A stretch of 63,972 nucleotides of DNA, the filler included, from Octopus bimaculoides (Eukaryota), in assembly GCF_001194135.2 (NCBI RefSeq). It is 5 parts of 5 records of this genome, joined end to end, with 100 filler letters (N's around TTAATTAATTAA, not from the genome) between each part and the next. Parts side by side here need not be neighbours in the genome. Positions count along the whole stretch, not along the records: positions 38,609 to 52,687 come from NC_068991.1; positions 52,788 to 62,831 come from NC_068996.1; positions 62,932 to 63,972 come from NC_068982.1; 2 more parts are not named here. The stretch is one strand, 5' to 3'. Position 1 is the stretch's first letter; every line of letters begins with the position of its first letter. Positions 50,658 through 63,972 of this stretch are shown here, piece after piece. The position numbers and the translations under genes were made by a program. The notes under the pieces are model-generated. The model did not search any database. It saw only the letters and a list, made by a program, of their open reading frames with translations, and had not been told where the DNA came from.

Positions 50658-51140
50658 CTGAAAAGTAAATACACATATAATACATACATACATATACACA
50701 CACACACACATATCATAATCATTATCACTGTTTTCACATCAACTTTTCCATGCTCACATGTTTTGGAGAGGATTTGTTGAGGCAGGTTGTCTATGGTCAG
50801 ATGCCCTTCCTGTTGCCAACCCACACCTATTTCTAAGTGAAGTAATATTTCCCCATGGCCAGACATATTTTTATGGAAGACTGGAAATGAAGAACACTGC
50901 CAGATGACAGTGGCATTTGTTTATGACTATTGTGCAATGTAAAGACAAGGAGTCACCAACTCACACATGCAAGCACGTGCATACATATACACAAAGGGCT
51001 TCTTTCAGTTTCTGTCCACCAAATCCACTCACAAGGCCTATAATAGAAGGCACATGCTCAAGGTGTCATACAGTGGAACTAAACCTGAAACCATGTGGTT
51101 GGGAAGTAAACTTAGCCACACAGCCATGACTGCACCTATT

Positions 51141-51188
<48 letters not shown>

Positions 51189-52652
51189 ATATATATATGG
51201 CACCAGAACACAGAGCATAAAGAGACAAAAATATACACTGTAAAATTTTTAGGTCATCATTGATTTCTGTCTACTTGCTACCCAAATAATAAATATTCCA
51301 GTATTGGCACAAGACTGCAAATTTATAAGGGAAGGTTATAGTCAATTGAAGAGATCTCAGTATATAACTGGTATTTATTGTATTCATTTAAGAGTAAACA
51401 GTGTGCATATGTAGAAAAAGTCCAATCATGCATTCTTTCCACAACACAACCAGTTTTACTTCATTAACAACACTGCTTAACATGATTTTTGTTCTTGGGC
51501 AGCAACTGTTATTTCGTATTTGCTTACCCCTAGAAAATATGGAAAATGGCTAATATTTCCTTCAAACTTTGCTTTTGTTACATTTATTTAAACCCTAAAG
51601 AATCTCTCTCAACACATAGCTATGACACTCCCCCAATAATCCTGTTCATCATTAGAGATGCACATATTGGCAGCCACTAAAGGACATGTTCAAGTGGTTA
51701 CGGTCAAGCAACTGACAATCAAATCTGTGGTACTCAGCAGAATATTTGCTCTAATATTTCTAATTCAGTAACTTTATAACTTCAGTACTGTTATATTTCT
51801 GCTCCAATCTGACTGAAATGTAATGGAAAATAAGTCAATTTCAAAGTATTGATGTCCAGGTCACAAAAGCAAAGTTTGACGAGAATAATAACCAATTCTT
51901 TTCATTTCTAAATAGAAGCAAATAGGGAACAACATTTTCTGACCAAAGACAAAAAAAAATTTAAATGTTCCTAGTGTAATAAAAGATATCAAATAAGTTA
52001 TAAATTACTTCCTAAAAGAAAACAGTTAAAATATAAATATTTAGCACTTGTTATTACTGACACCAAAGAAGAGGTATGATGGGAGAGTCAGCAGCGCATC
52101 AGACAAGATGTCTTGCAGCATTTGAAATACATTCTTTCATGCTCTGATTCTGAATCTACTCTGCATTTCCTTTCATCCTTCCAGAATTGACATGAATAAA
52201 AATTAGGAAAAGTAAAAAAAAATGCTGTTCAACTGTATCCACTTTCAAAATCTAAAGCTTTGTAACCATCAACCCTGGGATGAAGGAGGATAAAGATCCT
52301 TCTTGAGTTATATAGATTCACATGACCAGTTTCCTAGTTTCTGTGGCATATACATTTTTGTTCCCTGGATAGAACACCCATCCATCACAGGATTGTTTAT
52401 TTTTGTCAGCTGAGTGGACTGGAACAACATGATATGAAGTATTTTGCTCAAGAACATAATGCATTGCCCAGTCCAGGAATCAAAACCACGGTCTTACAAT
52501 CATGAGTCCAACACCCTAACCACTAAGCCATGTGCCTTCACAACTAATAACCCTAGAGAATTTAAATTTAAGTGCCCCAAGATCTCATTACAATAGTTTT
52601 GTTTCATTTAATTTTAGGTAAGTTTATCTATATATATAAAAATGAGAATGTG

Positions 52653-52687
<35 letters not shown>

Positions 52688-52787
52688 NNNNNNNNNNNNN
52701 NNNNNNNNNNNNNNNNNNNNNNNNNNNNNNNTTAATTAATTAANNNNNNNNNNNNNNNNNNNNNNNNNNNNNNNNNNNNNNNNNNNN
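52688..52787. other. Artificial scaffold spacer (44N + TTAATTAATTAA + 44N)
   Basis: Same 100-bp structure. Confidence 0.95.
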
Positions 52788-52829
52788 ATATATATATATA
52801 TATATATAAAATTAAGGTAAACAGCACGT

Positions 52830-54290
52830 TGCAATGTTTCACCAAAAAGGTGAATGATAATTGTCACTGAAGTGGAATAGAAGGCATTGCAATATTCAAA
52901 TTTATTGAAATCCGAAAATAAGTTAGATAATAATTCAAAACAATCATGCAGAGTCAGAAACCCCTGTTCAAAACTATAATGCCAGGTTGAATAATGTTGC
53001 AAAAATGATGCAAAACATGGAAATTATGATATGTTTCAAAGATTTTCTTATGCAATATATCAACAATAGCGTGTTTGGCCGCCACCTTTCTGAATCACTT
53101 CAAAAATATGTGACTTCATGCTCCCAATCACATTCTGCAGCAGATCAAGCTGAAGCTCTTCCCAGGCCTTCTTTATTGCTGTTTCAAGTTCATCAACAGA
53201 TGGATACTGCTTGCCTTCCTTGTACAGAATATTTATGAGATATCCCCAAGTATTGTCTATAGGATTAAGGTCGAAACTTCTTGCTCGACACGGCATGACT
53301 TCAACCCCAAAGTTGTCTTTGCCTTATGAATATAAGCGTTGTCCTTGCTTTATGAATATAAGCTTTGTTCTGTTGAACTGTAATAAAGTTCTCGCCATGG
53401 AGCCTTCTTCCTTCTTCGTCAATATGAGCCCCGTACAACATATTGATGTATCGTGCAGCATTGAAACGGCTATTCATGACGACAGCTTCCAAATGGTAGC
53501 TTCTCATTGGCAGATACTGCTCCCCACACTATAAGACCTCCATTGTCCATTCACTTGGAATAAGTAGAATTTTGTATACATTTATCTGTCCAGTGATTCA
53601 TATAACCGTCGGGGTTATACAATTTCTATTTTTCATCAGGAAACAGAACTCTGGTCCATTCACCATCCCACGTCTGATTCTGCCGAGCAAATTCCAATCT
53701 AACAGCTTTGTGGGAAGGGGTCAATAACGGACGTCCTAGCCGCGTCTTCAGATAGAAACCATGGTTTATTCAGACAGAAACCATGGTTCAAAATCATTCT
53801 TCTTACGGCATGTGTCGAGGATCCTACTCTACTCTTGCTGATGCCTTGATTTTGGAAACAGAAGAGCAGTGTGACTTCTCCACACTGCTGACAATGGCCC
53901 TTTTATCCTTTCTGTAGCCTGAATGAACTCTGTTGTAGCCGTCAGGATCATTCAGAAAATTGTCCGCTGGCGTTCTGCTTCACCGAATCTTCATGGCAAT
54001 CTTCCATTTACTCATTCCTTCCACGTTCAGTGCAAGAATCTTCCCTTGTTCAATTTTGGAAAGTTTTGTAGCTTTAGGCATACTGGAAATGTCATCTGGA
54101 TCACATTTTCCGAAACAATCTGGAAAGAAATGAAAATGTATTAGTGGCTTTATAGTTATAAAGTGTTGATGTGCGAGGAAAAATTGGAAAATCAGGTGTT
54201 ATAATGTGATAATAAAGTTACAAGTTTTACATTTCAAAGTATTCACGAAATACCTGTTTAAAATTTATTATGACACTTAGTTCCCTTAAA
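52830..54290 (-). mobile_element. Tc1/Tc3-like transposon, decayed near full-length transposase
   Basis: MPKATKLSKIEQGKILAL..EGMS...IA (HTH), VWGAVS, VQQNKAYIHKA, WPARSFDLNPIDNTWGYL and ELETAIKKAWEELQLDLLQNVIGSMKSHIFEVIQKGGGQTRY*; many stops. Confidence 0.88.
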
Positions 54291-54689
54291 TACAAAGCTA
54301 AATTTCTAAATAACTTTAAAAAACAGGTGGCTTTGTAGTTTTGATATATAGGTATATATCGGTGTCACAGAAAGACACGTGTGTGAAAATATAAGCAACA
54401 CGCGGAGATGCGATTTGCCTATCGAAGAATTGAAACAATACGCAAGAATGCGATGTCGTTAGAGGGTAAAAACTGTGAGTACAAATAATAATCGTATATG
54501 CAGTCTCGTTTCTACACATATACACATAAATGTAATGTTTATATTGTTCACACAAGCACTCGTACATTGTGTACATGAACAAGACAACGTAGAATACAGT
54601 ATTTAAACAGATTAAACGAGATAAATAATAATAACCATAAATATAAAATGCAACATGTCTCATTTTAGATAGAGTGAAAAAACAGATAT

Positions 54690-57590
54690 GCTCGCTAGTA
54701 AAACTTCGAAAATAAATAAAGGTGAATTTTTATCTACGGCTTGAAGCACAGGAGATACGAAAACAAAAACAGCACACAACCAAAAAGTTAACTCTGAACA
54801 GGCAGACCCATCTCCTAACGTCACTGCCCAAGCGAAAAATAAAACCAAAAAAGAACGGTGGACAGATGACGACTATATTGAAGTGCTATATGCATTCTAC
54901 ACTGCAAAACTGTACCCGGGAAACACAGGCATAACAAGAGAAGCATACAAACATGGAGAAGAAGAAACACTGATAGAAGGGGAAATGATTCGGAGAATAC
55001 GCTTGCGAATGTCCTGCGATATATCTTGTAAGAGGGAAAACTGCCCCAAACCAAAATAGACAAACTAATAGATAAAATACACACGGAAAATAAAACAAAA
55101 CAATAAACTCAAAACAATGGGTTGCAATCAGGCAAAACAGAACATCAGACATTATATCTCTGAAAACGCATAAGACGCTACAAAAGAAAGAAGGGAACAC
55201 AACAGAAATAACACTGTAAACAGTAAATAAAAGGCTAAACCAAAGTAAAATGTCTACACAGCTACCCAATCTAGAAATAAATAGAACAGCACAGCAAATC
55301 AACAACACATAAACAGGCGAAAACTGAAGCAAAAAACAACAAACAAAATAACGCACACCATAACAGACCAGCTATAACCGGGGGCGGAAACGAACCAACT
55401 GAAGAAATTAAAAAAGTATAACTAAACATCACACAGTCGATAAATATGGACCAGTGTAAATGTCTTCTCAGGCTACAGAAAAATAAACAACTCTATGAAC
55501 GGATAGATACAACAGAGCCTTATAAGTTAAAATGACCATATCAAAAGGTACACCAGATATCAACAAACTAAATTATTTGATCTACTCAATAGCTGTAGTG
55601 ATATCCAGGGAAGCTGGACTTGACCCTTACAAAGAATAAATAATCCCAGTCAAATCTCAAACCCCAAATGGAAACAGATCATGATAAATAAAATTCAAAA
55701 GCAAAAGAAAGACTTACCACTACTTTGTGTATTAGAGAAAACAGGATTAAATATGAAAAATAAAAAAAAACACCCCTATAACAAAACAATACAACATAAA
55801 AAATAAAGAAGATACCTGGGAGATACCTGGAAAGACAAACCACTCCAGTTCGCAAAAGCAAAGACACCGTACACCCACAAAATTACAGACCAATAACATG
55901 CTTATCAACATGCTAGAAAACCCTAACATCAGTCATCTATAACCGGCGTATAAAGTACCTGGAAAGCAACAATGTTTTACCAGAAGAACAAAAAGGGTGC
56001 CGGAGAGGGATGTATGGTTGTAACGAGCAACTTCTGGTAAACAGAGCCATTATAGAGGACTATAAGAGGAGAAAGCCATTAAAGAGGACTGTAAGAGAGA
56101 AAGACAAACCCGAAGACTTGGATTGACTACCAGAAAGTATTCGACAATGTTCCACACTCGTGGATACCGGAATCTCTCTATACAAATAAGGTAGCCCCCT
56201 CCACTACAAAAAATATATTAAACATTTAATGGCAAACTGCAAAAACCAGTATAACATTAAAAATAACTCACAAGTTATTAAAACATTCCCTATACCCATA
56301 TGAAGTATTTTCCAGGGAGATTCACCCTTGCTTTTCTGCTTTTCCCTGACCCCGCGAACAAACTTATATAAAGGTTTATGCGAGAAATGAGAAACAAATT
56401 GAAAGCCTTGTACATATTATTCGCATTTTCTCAAATGACGTAGGTATGGAATTTAGGATGGAAAAGTACACTATATAGAAGATGAAACGAGGAAGATTTA
56501 AAGAAGCCAGGGAATTGTAATGCCAAATGGGCAAACAATGAGAGTGGTTGATAAAAAATGAAGAAATGAAACAAATTACCAGTAGAAATTACACAAGGAA
56601 AGTTAGAAAAGGATTGCAGTCAAAGCTGAATTCCAAAACTCTCATTGAAGCAATAAATTAAAGAGCAGCACTCTTAATCAGATATGGAGTTGGAATAACA
56701 GACTGGACCAGAAACAAAATAACGAAACTTGACAGAAAAACGATGTATGGAGCCCACCATCCGAAAGTTGATATCAACCAACTGTACATGTGGAGAGACC
56801 AGGGTGGAAGAAGCTTAATAGCAGTGGAAGAATGTGTACAGATGGAAAGAAAAAGTCTGGTAGAGCATTTACAGAGCAACACAGAAAAACCACTAAAGGT
56901 GGTTAAGAAAGAATAGGTGATGAAGCGCCTAATAAGGGAAAAGGACAAGAATGAATTGGAAAGAGAGTACGTCAGACAGATCGAAAGGAAACCCTGCATG
57001 GTTAATTTTGGAGAACCACTGAAGATGTATGTGGAACAAAATCCTGGGCTACGTTAAAAAAGGGGCAATTAAAAAAAGAGACAGAGAGCTTAATTGTTGC
57101 AACCCAAGATCAAGCGATAAAAACAAATAACTTGAGAAAAAATATATATGGAGAGAATGTGTCAGAAGAATGTAGGGCCTGTCGAACTTGGAACGAGACA
57201 GTGGCACACATTGTTGAAGAATTCCTCAAGTTGGCTTACTTATGAACCTATCATATCCAATTGATTCCAGGATCGTTAAGAAAGAGGAAGAAAAACAAAA
57301 AAATACAATCCCTTAAAATTTGAAATAGGAAGACTTTGGAGCATGCGAACAGTAATAAGTGGTGCGTAGGAAACAGTAAGCCAAGATATAGACAAATGGC
57401 TGAGATTGAAATAGAATGCCCAGTAGAGCTCCTACAGAGAGTATTTTCTTAGGAACAGCAAGGATTATCAGGAGGGTCCTAAACACCTAAAAGACTGCTA
57501 AAAACGTGTGGATGCCTAAGGCTGCAGGTAGTAAACCGCTATCCACATAATCCCTACCAGGAATAACACCGAGCCTGAGACAAACAACAA
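54690..57590 (+). mobile_element. Dong/R4-type LINE copy 1 (RT-REL), heavily decayed, followed by (AAC/AAT)n
   Basis: KERWTDDDYIEVLYAFY; LPEEQKGCRRGMYGCNEQLLVNRAI; DYQKVFDNVPH.W; FQGDS; HPKVDINQLYMWRDQGGRSL; KKETESLIVATQDQAIKTN; CRACRTWNETVAHIV. The start is approximate. Confidence 0.88.
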
Positions 57591-57630
57591 TAATAATAAC
57601 AACAACAACAACAACAACAACAACAATAAC

Positions 57631-57707
<77 letters not shown>

Positions 57708-57725
57708 TAATAATAATAATAATAA
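57590..57725. repeat. (AAC)n(AAT)n microsatellite between two Dong elements
   Basis: Direct inspection. Confidence 0.95.
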
Positions 57726-59354
57726 CAGCATGGACGAGTGACAGCGAGCTGCCGGAAAGATGGATCAAATCTGAAACCATCGCGAAGCAGGAATTGAGAA
57801 TCCGCAAAAACAATGGAAGAGAACTGTGTCTTAATGTAAGCTATCTCAGGAAATTGAAAGATTTTAACACTTTGGATAGAGAAGGGTATGTTTAAAGTGA
57901 CTGAGCAGGGGTAGATCAAGGTAATGCTATTAGGAAAAGAAAGTGGATGACAGAAGTGGAGGTAGCGGAGATCACAAGAGAACTGGAAAAGAAAGACCGG
58001 GCAGTAGGAAAGACAAACAACAACAGAAGAGATACAGTTTAAACCAAAGAAGAACTTAGAGGAAAAATAATAATAGCAGTACTAATAAGGAAGAGGCAAC
58101 TGGCACCAGCGATTTAAGTGATTTAAATGAGGAAGATCTGAAGATTTTAGATGAGTTGCAGGAAATAATGGGTAAAGAAGTAAGAACAAGTTTGCCGGCA
58201 TTAAAAGGAATTAACAGAAGGAAGGTGCAAGAAATGACTAGGAAAGTAGATTCAGTTATCAGTAGAACAGATACTAAAAATACAGGAGACACTAATATAT
58301 TGATCTATGCAGGGGGAATAGTAGTCACCAGAAGATCAGATATCTCATAGGAAAAGATTTAAAAAGAGCAAATGTGGAAAAGGAGACTACAAAATAAAGT
58401 GAATCCTTTAAGACAAGATCTGAGTAGAATTGAAACCTAGAAACTGAACAAATTAGGAAACACAAGATGCAAATCTTCCCTTGAGAAAAGATACTTAGTC
58501 AAAGAGACAGGATTTGGGACAGTAATACAAGAGCTGAAACAGCGTATTATAAGAGTAGCAGGCAAGCTCTTCAAATATCAGAAAAGAATAGATCAGTATC
58601 AACAGATTAAATTATTTGAGACAGAACAGAGGATATTTTATAACCAAATAGTGGAGAAAAAAGTACTGAAGATGAGAAACCTAATGCAGAAGAAGCTAGA
58701 AAGTTCTGGAGTAATATTTGGGATAAGCCAGCCAATCATAATGGAGATACAGTATGGTTAAAGAAAGTGGGAGAAGAAATACTGAGTGAGAAGCAAGCGG
58801 ATCTAAGACTACCCAGTGCATTAATGAGTAAAGTGTTAAGAAAAATGCCGAATTCGGAAGAGCCCAGGATCAGATTTCGTTCAAGGGTACTGGCTAAATA
58901 AATTTAGTAGTTTACATGGGAGGCTGAGGGAACAACTTCAGGATTACCTTAATGAAGGAATAATACCAGATTGGGTGACTAGAGGGAAAACAATACTCAT
59001 TGTGAAAGATAAGAGCAAGCGTAATACAGCTAGCAGCTATAGATCAATCACTTGCTTACTATTAGTGTGGAAACTGTTAACAGGAATGCTTTCAGAAAGC
59101 ATTTACGAGCACCTTGACAAGGAGAATTTTTTTTTCTGGAAGAAGAGAAAGGTTGCAGAAAGAACGCTAGAGGAACGCATAATTTATTAGGCGTAGGAGT
59201 GGCTGTGTAGTAAGTAGTTTGCTTACGAATCACATGGTTCCGGGTTCAGTCCCACCGCGTGGCACCTTGTGCAAGTGTCTTCTACTATAGCTTCGGGTCG
59301 ACCAAAGCCTTGTGAGAGGAATTGGTAGACGGAAATTGAACGAAGCCCGTCGTA

Positions 59355-59424
<70 letters not shown>

Positions 59425-59700
59425 GAAAGTGCGGGTGAAATATATCCTAGTAGTTAAAGGTGCATCAGAAACTATCCCTAAATATTTGAACTGATAGATA
59501 GAAGAAATAGGCATAAAACCTACTTTAGTACAGCTGCAGAAAACAGTGTTATTAGGGACAACTAGGATACTTAGGAAGGTTCTTGGCATTTAAGGTTACT
59601 TGTTGTAACTCGATGTTTGGATTTTTTCTTTTCCAACAGTCTAATCTGTTGAGTGTATATGAAAATATATGAAAATAATACTACTACTAATAGTAATAAT
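57726..59700 (+). mobile_element. Dong/R4-type LINE copy 2, large internal deletion, SINE at the deletion point, AAT-rich tail
   Basis: AIRKRKWMTEVE; KMPN.KSPGSDFVQGYWL; IPDWVTRGKTILIVKD; YRSITCLLLVWKLLTG. After the SINE: VKGASETIPKYL..LQKTVLLGTTRILRKVLGI*, then TAA/CTA repeats at about 59670-59700. Confidence 0.88.
59188..59425 (+). mobile_element. Young family A SINE 5' half inside Dong copy 2
   Basis: GGCGTAGGAGTGGCTGTGTAGTAAG...GAAGCCCGTCGTATATA with CpGs intact. Confidence 0.9.
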
Positions 59701-60514
59701 TTCAAATTTTTCCCACAAGGGCAGCCATTTTGTGGTAGGGGATAAGTTGATTACATCGATCCCAGTATTTCAGTGGAGCTTAATTTATCGACCCCAAAAC
59801 GATGAAAGGCAAAGTCGACCTCGGCAGGATTGGAACTTGGAACATAAAGACAAATGACATGCCGCGAAGCATTTTGCCTGGCGTGCTAACGATTCTGCCA
59901 ATTCGATGCCTCAGTCCTAAAAGTAACATTATCTTATTTCATTTTCCCGTTAACAGAATGAATTCGAATTTAGAAGGCAGTGTCGGAACAATTATTGCAC
60001 AGCATTCATGAAACCATTCTGCCATTTGTCTCCCTTTAAAATCACAATATCAATGAGTATTGAGTACACGAGGACATAAAGGTACCTCAAAGAGTACATA
60101 ACAATCATGGTAGCAGTAGTAAGCCAGTGGATAAAACCCTCGAGCGGTAATTTGGTTACGAACTACCTACTTTGACATTTTCGGTACAAATCCCGGCAGA
60201 TTTTGCTTTGCCTGTTATTCTTCCTGTCGCATGCTTAAAATAATGTAACGATTAAGAAGTCGTTTATTTCAATTGACTTTTGTTTTCCATTTGTATCTGT
60301 GGGTGGCCGTTTTGCCTCGGTGAAAAACCTGTGGTTTTTGCAATTAAAATCTTTCGTATCCGCCGTCAACGTCTATATCATCGTCAATATCGTTGTCTCT
60401 CAGTGCACACCGAGACTCACATTCACAAGTCTCGAGGTACATATAGGTAATACTGAATAACATTCGGAAGCAATGATGTAAACATATGATGAAGAGATTG
60501 GTGATACGACAACG

Positions 60515-60769
60515 ATGATAATGATGATGATAGTGGTGCGATGACGACGACGACGACGACGAGGAGGAGGAGGAGGAGGAGGATAGGGATGATGATGACG
60601 TTGATGCTGCTGCTGATGCTGATGCAGATGCTGATGGTGACGGTGGTGGTGGTGGTGGTGGTGATGATGATGATGAGGATGATGATGATGATGATGATAA
60701 TGATGATGATTATGATGATGATGATGTTGATGATGATGATGATGTTGATGATGATGATGATGATGTTGT

Positions 60770-60825
<56 letters not shown>

Positions 60826-60850
60826 GTGATCATAAAGACGACGACGATGA
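60515..60850. repeat. Long (GAT)n-dominated trinucleotide tract with GAC/GAG/GCT/GGT segments
   Basis: Direct inspection; source of the poly-M and poly-I ORFs. Confidence 0.95.
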
Positions 60851-62787
60851 TTGTTCCCAATTTAGACACAAAAGTTTGATATTTTGCAGGAAGGAATTAG
60901 TTAATGCAAATCAACCCAAATATTTGGTTATTTTATTTTATTTATCGAGTCCGGAGGGAAAAAAGTCATTGGGATTTGAGTTCAAAACATAAAGAGCTGG
61001 AACGAAAGACGCATACTACATTTTTTTCCCGATGCCCTTACGAATAAAAGTGATGAAGGTGCAGGCGTGACTGCGTGATAAGAAGCTTGCTTCCCAACCA
61101 CATGGTTCCAGGTTCAGTCCTATTGCGTGGCACCTGTGAGCGGATTTGGCAGACAGAAACTAAAAGAAGCCCATCGTATTCACACACACACACACACACA
61201 CATCAAATTAAATACATAACCGAAAGAGCTACTAATAGTTTCATGCTTTTATAATACTTGAATAGACACATTTGTAAAATACATCATGTATCTTAAAGCA
61301 ATGTCAGGCTGTTATATATATATATANNNNNNNNNNNNNNNNNNNNNNNNNNNNNNNNNNNNNNNNNNNNNNNNNNNNNNNNNNNNNNNNNNNNNNNNNN
61401 NNNNNNNNNNNNNNNNNNNNNNNNNNNNNNNNNNNNNNNNNNNNNNNNNNNNNNNNNNNNNNNNNNNNNNNNNNNNNNNNNNNNNNNNNNNNNNNNNNNN
61501 NNNNNNNNNNNNNNNNNNNNNNNNNNNNNNNNNNNNNNNNNNNNNNNNNNNNNNNNNNNNNNNNNNNNNNNNNNNNNNNNNNNNNNNNNNNNNNNNNNNN
61601 NNNNNNNNNNNNNNNNNNNNNNNNNNNNNNNNNNNNNNNNNNNNNNNNNNNNNNNNNNNNNNNNNNNNNNNNNNNNNNNNNNNNNNNNNNNNNNNNTGAA
61701 ACAAGTAAAAGGTAAAAGAGACTAGTTTCTAACAAAAGAACAAGTGCCATACAGCAGGACTGAACCTGGGACTATGTTGTTGGGAAGCAAGGTTCTTACC
61801 ATACAACCTTCGTTGTTGCTGTTGACGTTGTTTTGTCCAGTCTCATATGTTTTCCTCTTTCTAGGGAATTCACATGGAAAGTTTTTGACCAGCTTCCCTT
61901 GTAAACTTTTGTTTTTAGTTAATTTTGTTCCGTTCTATCTTGAAGTCAGTTTTCTTTAAAAAATATATCAGATGAATTTTAAAGAACTAATTTCTAAACT
62001 TGGGTGTTCCATTGAAAAATAGAGGGGGGGGGGCTTGCCATCCATTTCCCCTATTTTTCTCAAAGCCCTCCTGAAACTTTCTACCACCCCCAGACGGCGA
62101 TGCTGCTCACTCAAGGAGCCACAGGATTAAACCGACCACAGTACTTGATTACTGCAAGCCTTGGATGCAGGAAAGATTGAGTTGGCCTCACTACTGTTCC
62201 AAATACGAACGTGATGCTAGTAACTCGCTGGTATTTTATACTATCAAACCGGATGGCTGATACTCTCGGTTAGGTTTAAGTCCAGAACATAAAACCAATA
62301 GTTATTTTCCGGTGTTTTGTCTATTGATCCAGTAATGGTAAAGGGAAGAAAAGCTGACCTTGCCGGAACAAATATTGTTTTTTTTTTAAATCTTGGCACA
62401 AGACTAACAATTTTGGGGAAAGAGCTTAGTCGATTACATCTATCCCAGTGCTCAACTGGGATATATTTTATTCATCCCTAAAGGGGAACTCAGAACAAAA
62501 AGACGGACGAAATGCCGCTAAGCATTAGACAGTACTAGGGAGTGGAAGAAATAGCTCGAAACCAGGACTGGTCTACTGGACCCATCGCTAGGGGATGGTA
62601 AGAGTTCGCTCCCCTGCTTGCAATTTTATCAGATGCAGCTGTGTATCGTTGAACAGCTAGAGTAGATGTCCTCTTGGGATTAAAGAAGTAGAAGTAGAGT
62701 CCGCTCGAACGAACAGCCATGTTAAAGTGATTGCGAATAGTACTCACACACACACACACATGCACACACACATACACACACACACAC

Positions 62788-62831
<44 letters not shown>

Positions 62832-62931
62832 NNNNNNNNNNNNNNNNNNNNNNNNNNNNNNNNNNNNNNNNNNNNTTAATTAATTAANNNNNNNNNNNNN
62901 NNNNNNNNNNNNNNNNNNNNNNNNNNNNNNN
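62832..62931. other. Artificial scaffold spacer (44N + TTAATTAATTAA + 44N)
   Basis: Same 100-bp structure. Confidence 0.95.
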
Positions 62932-63529
62932 TATATATAGGAGAGTATTGTAGTTCGCTTGAAGCATTGTGTACTGTTTGTATGGAATAAAAAGTTTTGA
63001 ATGATACAACAATGCACTATAATACAAACAATTGCACTTGGTAATACAAGGAAAAAACACTAGTGTAATAATAATTGGGTATTCTTCCGGCAGCATATTG
63101 GATAGATATTATCCCTTAGTGAGTTGGATTCACAACCCCTAACTTTCTAGGATATATATATATATATATATAAGAAATTTAAAAAAGGAAAATACACACA
63201 CTTTAAAAAGTCTTCATATAATTTTTGATATATCGACCGCTTTCGCTTTAACTATTCATGATATTATGGTTTACTTATTTGAATATGTATTTTGTTAAGA
63301 AGAAAATTTTCTCTATGTTGTGTGTGATATTTATGAGCGAATGACTTCACAAGTAGAAAAACAAGGGGAGGTAATTGGTTATCGTTATTATTGTTATTGT
63401 TGTGTGCAAGGGAGATAACTGTTCAGCTTTCGGTAAGTGGAGGGGAATATATGTTATGGCGAAAAAAAAATAAAAGGTTTCAAAAAACTTGTTTAGTGAG
63501 GGGATTTATGTACAGTCATGTAATCGTGA

Positions 63530-63900
63530 ATTGAAATATGTAAAAAGATAAAAGTTGGTTATGCATATCAAGACGTACTCTGTATTTTTCAATGAAAAAA
63601 GTTTCTTTATTTAAACGTTCTTGTGGAGAGATTGTGTCTTTGCATTGGTAGAAGGGGAACACTGTGAAATTTGGTTTGGTGTTAACTGCACATTTTTCTA
63701 TATGTTCACTAAGATGAATTTGCCCGTATTGCGGGAAACGGATTTGCTCTTTATGTAGAGTGTTTCTCCTTCTCAAGGGCATACTCGTCTGTCCAATATG
63801 TGTGCCTTCAGCCAGCTATAGAAGATATCTTCTTGATGCTATAAACTACAATAGCATGGGTCAGCCACATTTAGGTGGCAAAAATACTTCACCATGTCGT
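63530..63900 (-). mobile_element. Penelope-like GIY-YIG endonuclease 3' fragment
   Basis: HIGQTSMPLRRRNTLHKEQI...HLSEHIEKCA...FTVFPFY...QERLNKETFFIEKY is the GIY-YIG YIGQT..LR.R...H and RL.KE..FI pattern. Confidence 0.8.
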
Positions 63901-63972
63901 CCTGCTACTGTTTACATCTCGCTCAGAGATTTATAATTGTATGTGTCTGTGTATATATATATATATATATAT

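Noticed and set aside
60000-60420. CpG-containing unique stretch as a possible promoter or first exon of the formin
   Set aside because: No supportable ORF or promoter motif, and it is separated from the formin exons by an artificial spacer.

Overview
Repeat-rich eukaryotic genomic DNA, most likely octopus or another coleoid cephalopod (inferred from the SINE families and microsatellite load). The window is five sequence blocks joined by an artificial 100-bp spacer (44 N + TTAATTAATTAA + 44 N) at 11734-11833, 38509-38608, 52688-52787 and 62832-62931, so adjacency across these points is not guaranteed. The only host gene I can support is seven consecutive minus-strand GT-AG exons (50657 down to 39178, 756 nt, open through all junctions). 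They encode the C-terminal part of an FH2 domain of a Formin-1/2 (FMN/cappuccino-type) formin; its upstream and last exons are not visible. The rest is decayed mobile DNA and simple repeats: Dong/R4-type and RTE LINEs, Penelope-like GIY-YIG fragments, Tc1/Tc3/maT transposons, hAT and piggyBac-like MITEs, fold-back elements, several SINE families and many microsatellites. Nearly all long ORFs in the track are microsatellite or N-gap artefacts. The best second-look items are dispersed minimal type-I hammerhead ribozyme motifs (best at 4530-4598 and 21539-21629, both minus strand), a partial HDV-like ribozyme fold at the 5' end of an RTE-derived element (about 25180-25240), tandem Dong elements joined by an (AAT)n tract, long near-perfect fold-backs, and a CpG shift coinciding with scaffold joins. 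I found no novel protein-coding system.
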